Source: Pseudogymnoascus verrucosus (lineage: Eukaryota). From it: a stretch of DNA of 44,269 nucleotides. The stretch is from NCBI GenBank assembly GCA_001662655.1, contig KV460239.1. One strand, written 5' to 3'. The notes under the pieces are model-generated. The model was not told the origin of the DNA. It saw only the letters and a list, made by a program, of their open reading frames with translations, and searched no databases. The translations under genes and the position numbers were made by a program. Below are positions 43,027 through 44,269 of this stretch, in pieces (position 1 is the stretch's first letter; every line of letters starts with the position of its first letter).

Positions 43027-44269
43027 ACGTATTTCCCGTACGAGTGGCCCACCCGAACGAGTGGCCCACCAAAACACCAAAACGCGTCAATGTGACTATA
43101 GTCAACAATGCCACGACCAACACAAGCCAAATCCTCTAATCAAGAGGATAGAATACTATTAGCTATGCAAGCAATTAAACAAGGCCAGTTTCAAAGTGTC
43201 CGAGTAGCTGCAGCATCGTACGATATCCCTCGAACAACACTACGTCGACGAATTCAAGGAATGACATCCCGACGCGATTCTACACCTAACTTACAGAAGT
43301 TGACTCCGTACGAAGAGTCAGCTCTTGTTCAGTATATCCTCGACCTAGATTCACGTGGATTTCCACCCCGGCCACAAGCTGTACAAGAAATGGCTGACCT
43401 TCTACTCTCTGAACGAGGCGAGAGCCCTGTTGGGAAGAACTGGGCTACGGGCTTCATAACACGTCGTACGGAAATCAAATCAAAGTTTAGTCGGAAGTAC
43501 GACTATAAACGAGCAAAATGCGAAGATCCTAAGATAATTCAAGAGTGGTTCTCTCTCGTACGAAACACAGTTGCAAAATACGGCATCTTAGAGCAGGATA
43601 TCTACAACTTTGATGAAGCAGGTTTCGCAATGGGAGTTATTGCTACTGTAAAGGTAGTCACAAGCTCAGAAGCAAAGAGCCGTCCAAAGACTATACAGCC
43701 AGGAAATAGAGAGTGGGTGTCAATTATCCAAGGTGTCAATTCGTACGGATGGGCACTCCCGCCGTTTATCATTTTTAAGGCGCAGAATCACCTCTCTGCT
43801 TGGTACGAGGACTCAGAATTACCAGACGATTGGGTGATTACACTAAGTGAGAATGGGTGGACTTCAAATTCAATTGGGTACGAGTGGATCCAACACTTCG
43901 ATCGACATACAAGCACTCGTACGATCGGAACCTATCGCCTTCTTATTCTTGACGGACATGAGAGCCACCTCTCAGCTCAATTTCAGCACTACTGCACAGA
44001 ACGGAAGATAATTACCCTCTGTATGCCACCACACTCCTCACACATTCTTCAGCCGCTTGACGTAAGCTGCTTTGCTCCACTAAAGCTTTCGTACGGACGT
44101 CAGATTGAAACCTTCGTACGGAACAGGCTAAATCACATTACGAAGCTTGAGTTTCTCTCTGCATTTAAAGAGGCATTTAAAGCTACATTTACAGAGCAGA
44201 ACATTAAGAGCGGGTTCCGAGCTACAGGACTAGTTCCGTACGAGCCACAGAATGTCCTCTCTTACTTGA
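43027..44269 (+). mobile_element. Fot1/Pot2-like pogo (Tc1/mariner superfamily) DNA transposon, left part; runs off the window
   Basis: TA at 43025-43026, then TIR ACGTATTTCCCGTACGAGTGGCCCACCCGAACGAGTGGCCCAC with an internal direct repeat, followed by the transposase ORF. Confidence 0.95.
43108..44269 (+). CDS. pogo/Fot1 transposase (HTH_psq + CENP-B HTH + DDE_1), 3'-truncated by the window edge
   Basis: ATG at 43108 and no stop to the window end. Motifs YDIPRTTLRRR, VGKNW, IYNFDEAGF, QPGNREWV, LLILDGHESH and HILQPLDV, with DD35D spacing. Confidence 0.95.
   Translation, partial: MPRPTQAKSSNQEDRILLAMQAIKQGQFQSVRVAAASYDIPRTTLRRRIQGMTSRRDSTPNLQKLTPYEESALVQYILDLDSRGFPPRPQAVQEMADLLLSERGESPVGKNWATGFITRRTEIKSKFSRKYDYKRAKCEDPKIIQEWFSLVRNTVAKYGILEQDIYNFDEAGFAMGVIATVKVVTSSEAKSRPKTIQPGNREWVSIIQGVNSYGWALPPFIIFKAQNHLSAWYEDSELPDDWVITLSENGWTSNSIGYEWIQHFDRHTSTRTIGTYRLLILDGHESHLSAQFQHYCTERKIITLCMPPHSSHILQPLDVSCFAPLKLSYGRQIETFVRNRLNHITKLEFLSAFKEAFKATFTEQNIKSGFRATGLVPYEPQNVLSYL

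Noticed and set aside
39590..43070. Composite pogo transposon around RTA1 and the TF, formed by the two pogo TIRs
   Set aside because: The TIRs face away from the enclosed segment (a right end followed by a left end) and are only 32/43 identical, so they do not bound one element.

Overview
This is filamentous ascomycete nuclear DNA with short GT-AG introns and CTRAC branch sites. Positions 1-36.7 kb are gene-dense. They hold the 3' end of a probable tubulin cofactor D gene, an F-box protein, a 4-exon protein with a HeLo/SesA-like N-terminus, a MUP1-like permease, a full-size ABCA transporter, two GFA/Mss4-like proteins, an NAD(P)-binding reductase divergent from a Zn2Cys6 factor, a TPR-SET protein, SPT3, PPM1, a SUN-family glucanase and EXO5. 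The main finding is a 6,222-bp element at 36757-42978, bounded by 11-bp perfect terminal inverted repeats (CAGTGTTCGGC) and an exact 8-bp target-site duplication (CCATGAAG). This is the hAT signature, but no hAT transposase is visible. The element instead carries three apparently intact host-type genes: a 127-aa secreted Cys-containing protein, an RTA1-family lipid exporter with a ~13x GCGAAAT array in its promoter, and a Zn2Cys6 regulator. It also contains RIP-like relics of other transposons. An open Fot1/pogo (DD35D) transposase gene starts 40 bp further on. Other features missing from the ORF track are a spliced knottin-like secreted peptide gene that lacks one Cys (17073-17326) and a tRNA-like Pol III unit next to a highly structured region (~25.0-25.4 kb). 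Exon models were derived by hand and family calls come from motif recognition; no database searches were run.
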